A DNA stretch of 64,000 nt, from the NCBI GenBank assembly GCA_965112155.1, contig OZ218101.1. One strand, 5' to 3'. This document shows, one piece after another, positions 1 through 13,684 of the stretch. The position numbers and the translations under genes were made by a program. The number at the start of each line of letters is the position of its first letter. The first letter of the stretch is position 1. The DNA comes from Podarcis liolepis (taxonomy: Eukaryota). Under the pieces are notes generated by a model. It saw only the letters and a program-made list of their open reading frames with translations. It searched no databases and was not told the DNA's origin.

Positions 1-6
1 GCTCAC

Positions 7-84
7 CGCACACAGAGCTGCCATAGAAGTCCCAGGACAAGCCAGGGTCATCGACACTTCGACCTTGCAGGTCAGTTAAGTACT
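7..84 (-). CDS. BCOR: BCOR exon 13 ([26 protein letters not shown])
   Basis: 78 nt. Acceptor CTAG (AG at 86-85), donor GTGAGC at 6-1. Missed by the ORF track; translated by hand. Confidence 0.95.
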
Positions 85-429
85 CTAGGGGCAGCAACAA
101 TAACAACAAATTTAGTCAAAACAAAATGTCGGCAAGTTTTGCAGACAATCTTGTCATAAAGCATCACAATATTCATATTCCAAGAAGTTTTGCTTTTGCA
201 AAGCTCTCGAATACAATGTAATCTGTTTTATTGATCAGACCACTACAGATGCCCAAATGAGACACTATCTCTCATCTTACTTCCTTTCTAAAACCCTTCT
301 CCTGTTTCCACCTACTTATCTCTTCTGTCCTTTTCCATTCCTGTCCTCGGCATTCTCATTTGGCATACTCCTAAAACAGACTCTGAACACAGAGGCTACA
401 ATGACCTTAGATTAATCTTGCTATAGATT

Positions 430-815
430 ACATGTGCTCTATATGAACTCACCCAGCCTCAGAGACACTTTTCCAGACATCCCTACATTATTCTGAGGTT
501 AGAGGAGTAGCTACGAGAGAGGGGACCTTTTCAGTGGCTGTGCCCAAACTTTGCAGGTCACTCCCCAGCACATGTGCTTAACATCTTCCTTATTATCTTT
601 TAGGTACCAGGCAATATCAAGTCATGTTCCTTAGGCTTTTGAACAGCGTCTGATTTGACCTTTCAGAGTATCAATTCCTTCTGCTTGTACCTTGTTTTAT
701 TGCTCCAGGCCTGCTTTTCTTTGATTTTATACTGCTTGTTATTTATTTATTTATTATTGCTGGTTTTGATTAGGTTTTATTATTTTGTTTTGTTTTAATT
801 CTTAACTGCCTCAAA
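430..815 (+). mobile_element. Degraded L2-like LINE 3' fragment
   Basis: GGGACCTTTTCAGTGGCTGTGCCCAAACTTTGC motif followed by a T-rich tail; resembles ~60560-60660. Boundaries approximate. Confidence 0.45.
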
Positions 816-1970
816 AGTAACCCTTGGAAGTAACATTTTGAAACAGGCAAGATTTTATTTTATTTTTTAAAAAAGGAAAGGAAACAAAGCCTATTACAGT
901 GAGCTGGGCTGCTCTGTAGAAAACGGTTCAAATACTCCCAGCTGCATGAAGCTTTGATAGGCAGGAAGGAAAAGAAGCATATGGACCATAGTAAATCTCT
1001 GCCTTCTTGCTGTAAAGTCCCCTGAATTTTGCATTTCATCCCACCAGAGCCCCAAAGGATTGTAATTTTACCCTCACCACTTTTGCCAGATGGGTGGGAA
1101 GGACCCTTTGACCTACTAGCAAGACCAAGCTGTTGATACTGCATCTTTTAATGCAGCTAACAGCACAATCCTGGGTCTTGCTCTCTCATAAATGTATTGA
1201 TGGTTGCAGCCTAAATCCAATGGCATATCATTATATAACATAGTGGTTATGTTTTCATAAGAGTGCTTCTGAAGTCCTAAAAGACCTGTATTTCTGTTCT
1301 AAACTAGCCAATTAACGGACTAAATTTTACAGCCTGAGTTTGTATTGCTGTTCCCTAAGATGAGTCATCGACTTTGGTAGAAAATTATTTATTTACCTGT
1401 TGCATTTATTAGTTGCGTTTTTCACCAAAAAATGACCCAAAGAGACTCACATCGCAAAGCAAACATTAAAACAAAGTAGAAATAAAAACCTAAAGAGCAC
1501 ACCATGTATGTGGCAGATGAACTCAATCCACTAAGATGAGCAAAAAAGAGAGAGATACCTAATGCCCTCCATATTAAGAGGCAAAAGCTTGAGCGAATAG
1601 ACATGTTTTTGCCTAGCATCTCAAAATGGATATTGACAGCATCAGGCAGGCCTCCCTTATGACAGCATTCCACAAGCAGGGAGCCACCAATGAAAAGGCC
1701 TGTTCCCATGCTGCCACCCTCCACACCTCCCTCAGAGGTTTGCCTCAAATGTCAAACACAGGACCAGGTAAGTTCCTCCACAGAGAAGCAGCAATTTGGG
1801 TACTGGGATCTTGAGTAAAAACAAGCACTTTGAACTGAACCCAGAAACTAATTGGTAGCCACTGCAGTTATACCAGAATTGGCTTTTCTGGGCTTCAACT
1901 GTCTTGCCCTGGTCAGCAGTCTGACCAATGACTTCCATAAACAAAGAAACAAAGTAATAATGTTGCACAC

Positions 1971-2116
1971 CTGTTAGAAACGTTTCCATTAGTTCGCTGT
2001 GTGTCATTTTCACAATCGTTCGACCAGAGTACGTTGCAAGCGTTGGATCAGCACCATACGAAAGTAGTAATCGGACAATTTCCAGGTGATCGTTTTCCAC
2101 AGCATCATGAACAGGC
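1971..2116 (-). CDS. BCOR: BCOR exon 12, ankyrin repeat ([49 protein letters not shown])
   Basis: 146 nt. Acceptor ctgcccccAG (2118-2117), donor GTGTGC. Overlaps ORF 1732..2100. Confidence 0.96.
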
Positions 2117-2522
2117 CTGGGGGCAGAGAGGGGGAAAGGACACCTTCATTTCAAATTCACATACTGTACTGAGACACGTTTTGTTTCCATTTGAAGCAAA
2201 AACACCATTATCTTTATCATAAGGTATGGTGGGTGACCATCTACTAATTGCTTTTCTCAACATTTTAAAATCAAAAGTTAACTTCAGGAAGTAAACAAAG
2301 CTTACATGGCAAATAAATACACATACAATATTAAATGGCATGCTCCCTTAAAGATAGGCATCAGCAATTAATCACTACTGTGATCACTTTGACCAAGTAA
2401 CTTCAATCTTATCTTTTAAACAAATTCCCATTTTTAACAACCACCGAATTCTATTCAGCTTCCATGTTTGGTACTTTGAGGTCACTTAATAAAATTGTTG
2501 TACTGGGCTATGTATGGTGGTG

Positions 2523-2524
<2 letters not shown>

Positions 2525-2554
<30 letters not shown>
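2525..2554. repeat. (GT)n microsatellite
   Basis: Direct reading. Confidence 0.97.
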
Positions 2555-2556
<2 letters not shown>

Positions 2557-2756
2557 ATAATCATCAGTGTTAGACTTGGATATGAAGCTGGTTATGATGA
2601 TACAATTGCAAGGGGAAACACTTTCAACACTCAAAATTTTTTTTCTTAGTTTTCCCCATATGTCTGATAACAAAATAGGACTGGAAGACTCTACTGCCAG
2701 CCTCCTTCCTGCACATAAAAACCTGGAGCTAGCTTAGGAGAGCAACATTCCTGAAT

Positions 2757-2895
2757 TCATAGAAACATAAGAGTTGGAAGGGACCACAAGGGTCATCTAG
2801 TCAAACCCCTTGCAATGCTGGAATCTTTTGCCCAACACGAAACTCGAACCCAGGACCCTGAAACTAAGAGTCTCATGCTTTCCAGCTGAGCTATT
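2757..2895 (-). mobile_element. Short SINE: tRNA(Lys)-derived head + CR1-like 3' tail
   Basis: Minus strand reads TAGCTCAGCTGGAAAGCATGAGACTCTTAG...GGTTCGAG, followed by GACTAGATGACC...GGTCCCTTCCAAC...TTCTATG (CR1 3' end). Confidence 0.8.
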
Positions 2896-4981
2896 TGAGA
2901 ACATAACATGCCAACTCTAAATGCACAATAATTCCTAAGATTTTCACACACACACACACTTTTATTTAGGGCAGAGGTCTTAAGCTTCAAATGCACAAAA
3001 GTAGGAAGTTATGAGCTATATACAGATTTGCTATAAGCAGAGCAGCACAGGTTTTGAAAGCCACCAACTAGGGAGACAGTAAAATTCCTGCTCTCACTGT
3101 TTGCCTAGGATAGTAAAAACGGGATTGTGAAGAAATTGGCAGGCAGCATGCAGAGCTGGGGGGCTGCATTTGTTTGGGAATGGCAAATTGTTCAGGGCTG
3201 CTGTGCACTGAATATACAACTGTCTTCCACACATTTGCTGTGTAGGAGGCAAACACAGCAGCACAGGGAGCTAAGCAGACAACCTTAATGGCCTGGCAAA
3301 GCATCTACACCAGTGCAATGAAGCAGCAACACACGTATTTTGCACAAATTCCCCCCAGAAGTGCATATGGGCATTATGCCATTCAGAGAGAGAGAGATGC
3401 CTGCAACCATTTAGATTGGTGACCAGCAAAACAGTGTGGAGGATAGCAAAAACTGGATGCCCCTATGAACTGGGGAACGCTTTAGAAATCCCAGTCCTTG
3501 CCACTTCTAGAAAGGGCAAAATTTATCCAGCAAATCTGTGCAACTCTGATCTAGCGAGTGCTTGCTCCCAGTTTTAAACGAGAGAGCAGGTTTTTTTCTG
3601 GTACAGAAATCAGGAGCACCTCAAGACCACAAGGCATGCACACCTGCTCAGGCTTAAGAGAGGGGGAGATACTGAAAGACCCTGCTGTGCTCATATCAAT
3701 TCCTCTGGGGGAAGACTTGGCCTGAGTTCCCATTACGGCTGCGGCACACAGAGTCGGTTCTACTGCAGTCGCTCCCCGGCTCCCTGCCTATAGAGATCAC
3801 ATCACTCTCAACAGCAGCTGCCTTTCCTAGGCTGTAGCTTCATTCATCCTCCCACCAGCCTCACGACCTGCAAGAACTGCTTCCTATCTCAGCTGTTGCA
3901 GGCAGCCAGCACAGGAAGCAGCTGCTCTTCAGGCCTCATAACCCAATCTCTCTCTCTACACACACACACACACCAACCAGTGGCTAACCAAGTTGTCTGG
4001 GTTTCCAGACCCCATTGACAGGCTCCATCTTAGTGTATGAGAGCCAGAGGACAGGAAAGAGGCTACGAAAAACAGAATGGGGAGCAAACTTAGAAGTAAT
4101 GGAAAGCGACAACAGGAGCAAGGGGGCAAAGGAGAGATTATACTAGTAAACATTTTATATATCCAGCAAGTAATAATAAAGCCACAATAAAGTAAATATA
4201 AGACTAGTTAATATTGGACCACATAGCTAGGTAAACTCATTTTAAGTTTCTTAATGGTTGAGATTACATGCACAACACCATCTTTTGGTTCATTTAATCT
4301 ACAACAGCTACCAAGCACCAAAGAAGCACAGTGGTCTTTGGGGGCATCAAACAGGACAGGGCAGCTTCAGTATCAGGTTGCAGAGAAGTTAAATATCCAT
4401 ACAGAAACAGAAATTGAGCAATGGTTGTGCGAGTGAGATGAAGTTCACCATAGTTTAAGCTGTGGGGAAGCTGAACCTTTTGATCTAGAATCCAAATATA
4501 TATAGTGGGAGAGGGAAGTCACTGAGTGCTGAGGGAAAGGCACTCTGCATATGCTCAGATGCCATACAACTTCCCATGCCCCTGGCATCCAAAACAAGTT
4601 TCTCAAGCTAAGTTCTTCCCATGAAGCTCTACACACACCAGTAGTTGAATTGCCCTGGTCCATTTACCGGGCAAGATATTTCACATGACATGAGTGACCT
4701 CTTGATTCAGTTGGTGGTTTTTAATATCTCAGTGCAAGGTTTCCCCTGAAGAACATTAGGTTAGGTGTAACCTAGTGGCAATGTCCCACCCCGCTCCTCT
4801 CTTAAAAATTAGCTGTTACAGGATGTCGGCTCATGAGCCAGCAGACCTACAGTAAGAAAAGAATGTGAAGGCGTTTTGCCATGTTCCTCTCTTAAAGGAA
4901 AATGGGCTAAATCTATCTGCCATCATGATTGCTGTGCAGAGATATTAACATGGAAGGTCAGGGCAACAGGATCATATATTA

Positions 4982-4982
<1 letters not shown>

Positions 4983-5030
<48 letters not shown>
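4983..5030. repeat. (ATT)n microsatellite
   Basis: Direct reading; source of the poly-Ile ORF. Confidence 0.97.
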
Positions 5031-6469
5031 GGCATAATAAATGGAAGAGTATTGCCTAGAAAAAATATATACCAATATATAAAACGAGTCTTACATAGTT
5101 GTAAGTAAGCAGAGTATGTATACTTTCCTGTGAAAAAGTCTAGTTCCTTGGGGTGGCGTGGGGTGGGGTGAATTGAAGACACTTTTATGATGCCCAACTT
5201 TTAAGGTGAGACCTGCCCCCCACAAGCTGCTTGAAAACTGCCCATTAAAAAAAAATCACATTCATCTTCCTAACCCTTAACACACACAGCTGCCAATCAC
5301 AAAGTGAAAATGGCAAGAGGGAGGCTGAAGAGGGAAGCAGTCCCTGACTCTTAAGATTTTTTTCCAAAACGCGCTGCTGGCTTTTTGCTTTGGGTAGATT
5401 TTGTTTTATATGGCACTGTGTTGTCGTTTTGTATTGTACAATACTAGTTTTTCCAGGTTCGTTGTTTGTTATATATATACATGCTGTCATTTGTTATTTT
5501 GTAAACTGCTTAGAAACTGATTTACTATTAAGCAGTTTGCAAATATATGAATTGATAACAATAGGTTATTTCACTGAGGAAATGGGAAAGGGGAGGAGGA
5601 GAAGCCAGTGGGTCAAATGCAGCCAAACCTGCTCCCCTCCAGATGTGTTTGGCAGTTGCAGCTGCAAGAGGGAGGGACAAGGCGGCAGGGGAGCTCAGTG
5701 TGGATGCAGATGTTCCTGATGCTGCAACCCACACCACACGCGCACACACGCCTTACTGCTCCTCTTCTCAGGAACTGGCAGTGAAGTGCAGTGTCTGGAA
5801 GCAACACAGCCCTGTCCTGCCAGCCACAAATGTGTTTTGGACTACAACTCCTGGCTGGGGCTAATGAGTTTTAATTCAAAACATCTGGAGGGCACCAGCT
5901 TGGGGGGAAATGAAAGGCACAAGTAGTCTGGCGTGGTGAGTCGTGGCTTTTCAGCATGTGTAGCCACATCAATGTGAATCTGAGTGAGATGGTAAGCTCA
6001 TTCCAAGCACATGCATTTGTTATTGTGAAGTGAATTAGGAATTTCATAAAAACAAATGCATCTCGACAGCAAATTTTAAAACGGCATGGAAGGGGAGTGG
6101 ATTGTAAAAGTAGGGAGCGAGAAGCTGGGGGTCCTTCCACTTCCCAGCCTGATAAGTGCATGAAAGGTTCAAGATTACAGATAAATAAATAAAAATCCGA
6201 TGAGAACTCTCAAGGACACTTACAGAGGACAGATCAAGTTGCACATCAGATGGAACAGGGCAGAAAACCCTACTGGATTTTCTCCCAGCTCCTATATGTG
6301 GATGATTTTGGGATGCAATCCTACACACACTGTCCAACACACCAGCCATGGAGCATGGGAGGGTGTTTCTGCTTCAGCATATCCTAGGGGCAGTGACAAA
6401 TTGTTGCAAGGAGCCTAAATTCATTTCCTGTTTCTTTAAAATTCAGAACAGTCAAGGACCTGATAAGAT

Positions 6470-6555
6470 TCTGATTGTATTTTATATACATAATCTCTGC
6501 TGAACGAGTGAATCTGATTGCATTTTATATACATAATCTCTGTTGAATGAGTGAA
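6470..6555. repeat. Tandem duplication, 2 x 43 bp
   Basis: tctgattg(t/c)attttatatacataatctctg(c/t)tgaa(c/t)gagtgaa occurs twice, with 3 mismatches. Confidence 0.95.
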
Positions 6556-7108
6556 TTTGTACTATCTAAAAACAATCGAAGTGCAACAAAAGCCATACTT
6601 GGAAGACCTGTCTCTAAAGAAAGAAGACAGCCTTGATCTGCTCCTTCACAGACATTCCCCCTTGAAATGATATTAGCTTTTTAGTAGGGTAGGGCCTCTT
6701 TGGCAAATCTTGAGAGAGAGAGAAGTGTTTTATCGGCCTGCTGGGCCCAAGACAAAGAGGACTTAATAGGTCAAGGTAAACTGACTACTAGCAGCTCTTT
6801 GAAGGCTAATACTGATGCCTTTCTGTGCAAGACATCACTGCTACACACTTAAGTCACAAATATGAGAAGAGGTGCCAGCCTGGAGAACATAGTATGCTTG
6901 CTAGGCTCATTCTCAGGAGATGGCAGCTCCCAGAATACTATAGTTCTAGGAGACTAGCTGTTGTGGGGATGGCATGTGAATCATGGAAGACAAACTCTCA
7001 CCACTGAAAACAGCGCATGGACACAGGATTTCTATACCACAGCTGGTGGACGTACAAAACCTTGCAATGTGGTTTGCACCAAGTGGTCCCATTGCATGGA
7101 TTCTACAG

Positions 7109-7244
7109 CAGGCTTCCTCAACCTCAGCCCTCCAGATGTTTTGACACTACAATTCCCATCATCCCTGACCACTGGTCCTGCTAGCTAGGGATCATGGGAG
7201 TTGTAGGCCAAAAACATATGGAGGGAAGAGTTTGAGGAAGCCTG
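7109..7244. mobile_element. hAT-type MITE, palindromic, 136 bp
   Basis: Perfect 13-bp TIR CAGGCTTCCTCAA / TTGAGGAAGCCTG; perfect 8-bp TSD ttctacag (7101-7108, 7245-7252). Related fragments at ~5625-5905 and ~17430-17500. Confidence 0.9.
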
Positions 7245-8692
7245 TTCTACAGAGTTGTGCTGAGATCTCAAAGTACCCTCTCCCCCTGTTTTAAATTTTG
7301 TGGTTGCTGGGATCCCCAATCCAAACATGCCCACTGATAATTTGCATCTCCTTTCCTTGTCAACATCAAATTACAGAGTTTCCACAACCTTGTTCTATGC
7401 AATGCTAGCACTGCAGATGCCATATTCACTTTGCCATAGGATGGTTCATACATTGGTTTTCCATAGCAAAGCAGTGATTCGTGGTAAAAAAAAAAACCAG
7501 TAATGCAGAATACCATTGCATGCTGCGTAAACTAAGGAGGTCTGAATGGCTTGACCCGCTCAATAAAAAAAACCCACACAGGGGGGGCCTGCCCAGCCTC
7601 ATAGACTCTTATTTAGTTAGATGGGGAGAAGGGACAATTTCCACCCTCCCTTCCCCACAGGTGGGCGGGGTTTGCGGCACTGAGTGGGGCTCACCTGGGC
7701 GGGTGCCATCCACCTACCTGGGCAGGCCTTTGACCCACCCTCGGCCAGGGAGGACAATGGACAGCCTGCCAGGGGGTGGGCGGAAGGCCAAAGAAAAGAG
7801 GCTGACCCCCTTGTCCAAGCCTCTTTCACTGTTCTTCCTTTCAGGAAGCATGTTCCTATAGACCTGATAAGGTGATAATGACAGAGTGCTCAAGAGTAAT
7901 AGGCCACCTTAACCAAGATTAAATCTTTTGTGTGTGTTTTCTTGAAATCTTTTGACTATTGCAAGTTGATAGGCAAAGACCAATAACTTAAGAGCTCTTG
8001 GCTCACAGACATGCTAATTTAATGTCCTTGGGCTGTCAGGCTTGGTGGTAATTGATAAAACATTCAAATGGAACAACTCCAAAAGGCGCCCTCCATTTTG
8101 TATCTTAGTACAGTAAAAGCACCAATTATCAACATTATGCACAGAAATGTTTGGTGAATCAAAAAGAAAAAGAGGAAGGACTTAATAATTAGAAAAAGAT
8201 AAGAATGAGTAAAATTAAGCAATGTTGTACACTAAATTATAAGGTGTACAAATTACTTGAACTTTTGACCAGTTTGATATTTAAAAAGATATTTAGAAGT
8301 ATAAGTAAGATATAAACAGGACAAAAAAGTAATATATTTCAACTGTTCAGTAAAACTGCAAGAGATCCTATTCCTATAACAATTATAGCCGGTTTCCTAT
8401 TGGAGAAAGAGTTAGGCACATAACAAAGAGAATTAACACAGAAAATTAAAGCGCACAAGGTAGGGTGAGGGGAGGAATATATTAGAAATTCTTAGCAGAA
8501 TGTTATTGTCCAGTATAGTTGCTCAAATATCAGAACAAGAATTGTGAGTGGCTAGCCACCTGGACCTCCCACAAAACTAGGCTGTATTGATTCCAGCAGG
8601 ATTTAAATGTGGCTAGATATGCAGCCTAAATTTGCAAAAGGAGGACACAACATTTTTTGAGGAACCAAATTTTATGCATTAGAATGCAATTA

Positions 8693-9085
<393 letters not shown>

Positions 9086-9851
9086 TTACTTTAACATGCT
9101 GGGAATACCCTTCTCATTGGGCTATTAAGGAGTAACAAAAGGAAGAAGGGAAGAAACCACACAGCTCTTCTCTCCGTTGAAGAAGTCAAAACTTAGAAAA
9201 ACAAAACAAGCCACTAGCCCCCAAAGGAAGATTCGGAGAACCCAACCAGCTCCGAATCTCAACCCATTTATTTATAAGCAACTCTCAGGAGCAGAATGAA
9301 TATGCCAATAACATACTTAAGACTGTGATGTAGGGTGTTCACATCCAACAAGTAACTTTCAAAACTAACAGAAGGATGCCTTGGCGATGTCAACATTTTA
9401 CAGCTGCCATTGTAACTCTGAATATTTCCTCTATGGCAGAATGGAACTTTGGTAGCCGCTGAAAGTATAATCATAAGCCTTCCTCTTCTTTTAGATTCTG
9501 AAGAAAACAGGTCAGCTTCTGCTTTTGTTCGACTAAACCTCTTTGCAACATCCTATATATTAACTACAGAAATCTCAATTCCTTCCAAATAATGTTAGAG
9601 CTGATCTATACTTTAACTTATCCGTACCTCAACTACTCCCTGGGGTCACAGGTTTCACACCAGCACCACAATGTGTACAAACACCATGAAGACATGGAGC
9701 CATCATGTTGTGAGTTTCCCTGCCTTTGCTCCGTGCCAATGGCGTGGACAAAGAAACACAACATCATGATGCTGGACTACACAGTGTGTGGTCTGTGCAC
9801 ATTGCAGTGCAAGATGGAAATTGGACATGAGGTAAGGTAAGGTAAGGAGTA

Positions 9852-10206
9852 AAGGTAAAGGGACCCCTGACCGTTAGGTCCAGTTGTGGATGACTCTGGG
9901 GTTGCGGTGCTCATCTCGCTTTACTGGCCGAGGGAGCCGGCGTTTGTCTGCAGACAGCTTCTGGGTCACGTGGCCAGCACGACTAAGCCGCTTCTGGCAA
10001 ACCAGAGCAGCGCACAGAAACGCCGTTTACCTTCCCGCCGGAGCAGTACCTATTTGTCTACTTGCACTTTGACGTGCTTTCAAACTGCTAGGTTGACAGG
10101 AGCAGGGACCACCAAGCAACGGGAGGTCACCCCGTCGCGGGGATTCGAACCGCTGACCTTCTGATCAGCAAGCCCTAGGCTCTGTGGTTTAGACCACAGT
10201 GCCACC
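9852..10206 (-). mobile_element. Sauria SINE (Squam1-type)
   Basis: tRNA-like head (GGTGGCACTGTGG...GGTTCGAATCC), typical body, ACCTTT tail. Perfect 18-bp TSD aaggtaaggtaaggagta at 9834-9851 and 10207-10224. Confidence 0.92.
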
Positions 10207-12407
10207 AAGGTAAGGTAAGGAGTAGACTAGTCTAACTGCTGTGTCCTTTGTCCACATTTTTATCACTGATTTGAGATGCCTTTATGGAAACAAGAACCAT
10301 CAAGATAATTGATTGGGAGTGTGTGTGTCTCACATACACACTCCTTACATTTCACAGGATTGTAGGGTTGGGAGGGATCCCAAGGGTCATCTAGCCCAAC
10401 CCCAGGATTTATATCTTTCCTTTCTTGCACCATGGAACCCAAGGTAGTGCTTTGGCAGTAGTGATAACACAATCAAGCTCACAGGCAAATTTCCCAAGCT
10501 CTTGACAGTCACGGAAACATTTCATTAGTTCTTTTATTTCATAAAACGTGTATACCGCATGACTGTAAGGGGCAGGGGAACCAAAGCGGTTTTGCAAAAA
10601 TGAGACTGTGATCCTTCAGTCACCTGGAACAAAGGCCTGGAATAGCAGATCCTGTTCTATTGGCCCTCAGTAGGTGACAAAGTGCTGTGAAAGGAACCCG
10701 ATACAAATGCTGTCAATTTAGCAGGACCCTTCACAAGTTCAGTTAACCATTTCGTTCTCAAGTAAAGGCAGAGAGAAGAAAAGAGAATAAAGAGCATTGT
10801 GATGCCTATTTTGTTACGGCATAAGCTTCCGCGGACTAGAGTCCACTTTGTGAAATGCAGGGAGCCCATTTTCCCAGCGCCGCAGACTTATCCTTGCAGT
10901 TCCAAATCTGCCAGAAAGCCCACAGTAATCTGCACTCTTCACATACCTGACCTGAGGAGTTGGTAGCTAGGATACAGCATGAAGCTGTTCGTGTAGCAGG
11001 CCTTTGCTAACCAGGTTAAAGTGGATCGCAGGAATCTAATGAACTGGCTGTCCAAGCTAAAGAAAGAAGTCCAGTCATATGACTTTTAGGTAGGATTAAG
11101 TGCTTCAGCCACATACTATGAACAAGGTCTGTCTTGTCAAAATGGGGAAGACTTAAAAAGGCTCTCCCAGATAGTGTTCCCTGCCCACTCCACCCCACCC
11201 CAATGCCAGCCATGATGGAATCTGTCAGTCTGGTACCTAGGCTATTCTCTGCTGGTCCAAACAGCAGGCTGGGACTAATAGCACCGACATGAGCAACATA
11301 ATTCAATTAAAAAATAAAAATCTGGGAAAAGTTATTTCATACATTTCCTTCCATTTCTGGCTTGCAGAAACAGTACCAAATCATCTGTGAGTGGGCAGTT
11401 TGTTAGTACAAACAACTGCCACTTGTTTAATTTTAAACTGAACTAAAAAAAGGGTGCTTTTAAACATATGAAAGTGCCTTGTAATGAATCAGGCCATTGG
11501 TCCAGCTAGCTTGCATCATCTACTCTGCCTGGCAGAGACTCTGCAACAGAGCTAGGCTCGACAACTAACTCTTTCTCAGCCTTGCAACCCAAAATCCATT
11601 GCCTGGAAATCCCAGGGACTGACAGTGTTGTGGGATCAATGGAGCTCATGCATGCAAGCATTTCACACCGGCCACACAATGTCATTGGCATCTAATTGCT
11701 CAGCCCTTACTTTTCTCCATTTAAGCTGGATTTATCCCTTCTGCAGAAAATTCATTAAGGTTGCAAATGAACCATTTGTAGTGTCTAAATGATCCATTTG
11801 AGATTGCAAAACCTTATCTAGATGCACCCTGGGCCTCTTTCTGTGCCCAATCTGTGCACTGTGCCACACTGAGCTGTGGACCATCCAGAGTTCTGGCTTT
11901 CAAACAAAAAACATTAGCACAGAAAACTTGGGACTAATTGTTCAATTTTAAATCAACAGGTAATAAGCATTTGCCTATATTTAAGTGACACATACGTCAG
12001 AAATTGTCAGGGCTAGTTGTCATTCCCCCAACCCCACCCCATAAACCCCCAGCACATGCCTTTGCTTAACTCCCATTCGTTCAATCTGCACAAAGGTCCC
12101 TGAACGAGGGCACCCATTCTGCGTACACTCAGCCTCTTGCCACAGAACTAGAGAAGTTCCCAGTGGATTTCATCCAGTGTCATTAACCACGAGATGTAAC
12201 AATGTAGAGTTTTATGGTTAATTAATTAAATGCCTCATTAACTCTTTAAACATGATTTATTCAATTCATAGAAATCTCAGCCTTCTCTGTCGAATTCCAC
12301 AACATGTGGCTGATAGCACATGACTAGTTTGGATCTGAAATTGGGAATCCTGGAAAAAAACACATCGCAGAAGCTTGTGAAGAACAATTAAGATTGATGA
12401 ATATAGA

Positions 12408-12564
12408 CATGGGTGTAGCCAGGATTTATTTTAGAGGGGCAGGCTTTATGTTGGGGGGGGGGGGGCAGAACAGAATTTTCTGTGATGCAATTGGCCGGCT
12501 AGTTAAGTATTTCTATTTATTTACCTGGTTTAGGGGGGCAGCTGCCCCCCTTGGCTATGCCCAT
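12408..12564. mobile_element. Short non-autonomous DNA transposon-like element
   Basis: Imperfect inverted ends ATGGGTGTAGCCAGG / CTTGGCTATGCCCAT; no clear TSD. Confidence 0.5.
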
Positions 12565-13597
12565 TAATTCCCTGATTCCCCATTGTGATGCCCTCAGGCA
12601 TCATGATGCCCACTTGGTGACCATCATAGCCCCCTGACTCTCCTAATTTTTCTATTAAAAAAAAAGGCTTCTTCATTACTATTGGTGATGCTAAATTGAC
12701 TGGAAAGGCACCCTATCCTGGCTCTTTTACCTTCCTTTCCACTAGGGAAAGCCTCTGGGTCCCAAATGATGGCACTTTGCCAGCATTTGTTTTGTTTCTT
12801 GGTGTGTCTTTCACCTGGTTTTTGTGTTTGTATGTTGAGGTTACCTGCTTTTTGGAGGGGGCTCTGTGTGTTTGTGGTACGGACTCACTGTTAAAACCGT
12901 GTTTATGGAAGACAATCTTACTCAGCTACGAGTGATCGCCAAAGAGAGAAAGAGAGAGAGAGAGAACTCTTTCTTTTGCTTGGATGCAGATTGCCTTGCC
13001 TGGTTTTGTCGTTGGATTGTGAGAATTTTGCTTGGGAGAGGGAGAGCCCAGCTTTTTGTGTTTTATTTGTTTTAGGAAGTATGTGGGTTATTTGTCAGAT
13101 TTTGGTGTATCACCAGCTTTTCTTCTGCAACACGTGTATTTTGCCATCACATGGCAGTTTCTAACATTTTCCAAATGTGCCCCTTAGCCCAAAAGGGTTG
13201 GAAACCCCAATATAGAGAGTTTAAAACTGCATTCACCATGACACCTACTGGCCAGTTCTAGCCCATATGCCATTTTCATGCAACTGTGTGCTGTTATTTA
13301 TAAGATGCATAGTTATTTATAAAGTCATCTCAGTTTCCACCAACCAAAGCACAGAATTATTTTCAATGCTTCCGTGACAGCTAGAAAGTGATGCATTCTA
13401 GCCTAGTAGAAACGGGAATCCTATTTAATGTGTGTGTCTGCGTGTGAGAGGGGTGTGTGCATGTCTCATTTGCTGCTTTAGTACGTGTGGCAGGCTGCCT
13501 CTCTAGATCCATGTTCCATGAGTACGGATCCACAGAGCATTCTGTGCATCATCCTCCGTCCAAGTCAGCAAAGGAAATCACTGAAAGAATAATGTGC

Positions 13598-13684
13598 CTA
13601 AAGTCTCTTTACAATGCAACAGCCAGCCCTGTCATAGTGATTTACATCACAGACCTTGTTTTCCAAACAATGCAGAACCACTTC
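13598..13684 (-). pseudogene. BCOR: Partial duplicate of BCOR exon 11 inside intron 10 ([28 protein letters not shown])
   Basis: 59 of the first 69 nt match exon 11 in an ungapped hand count. Preceded by tttcttttctccacccttcctgcctttctccAG. In-frame TAG at 13600-13598. Confidence 0.9.

Noticed and set aside
2820-2895. Possible tRNA-Lys gene (also 58358-58425)
   Set aside because: Degenerate stems and direct fusion to a CR1-like tail indicate a SINE.
7520-8520. GC-rich patch followed by an A-rich patch in intron 11, possibly a retroelement remnant
   Set aside because: No TSD, LTR ends or convincing protein motif could be established by eye.
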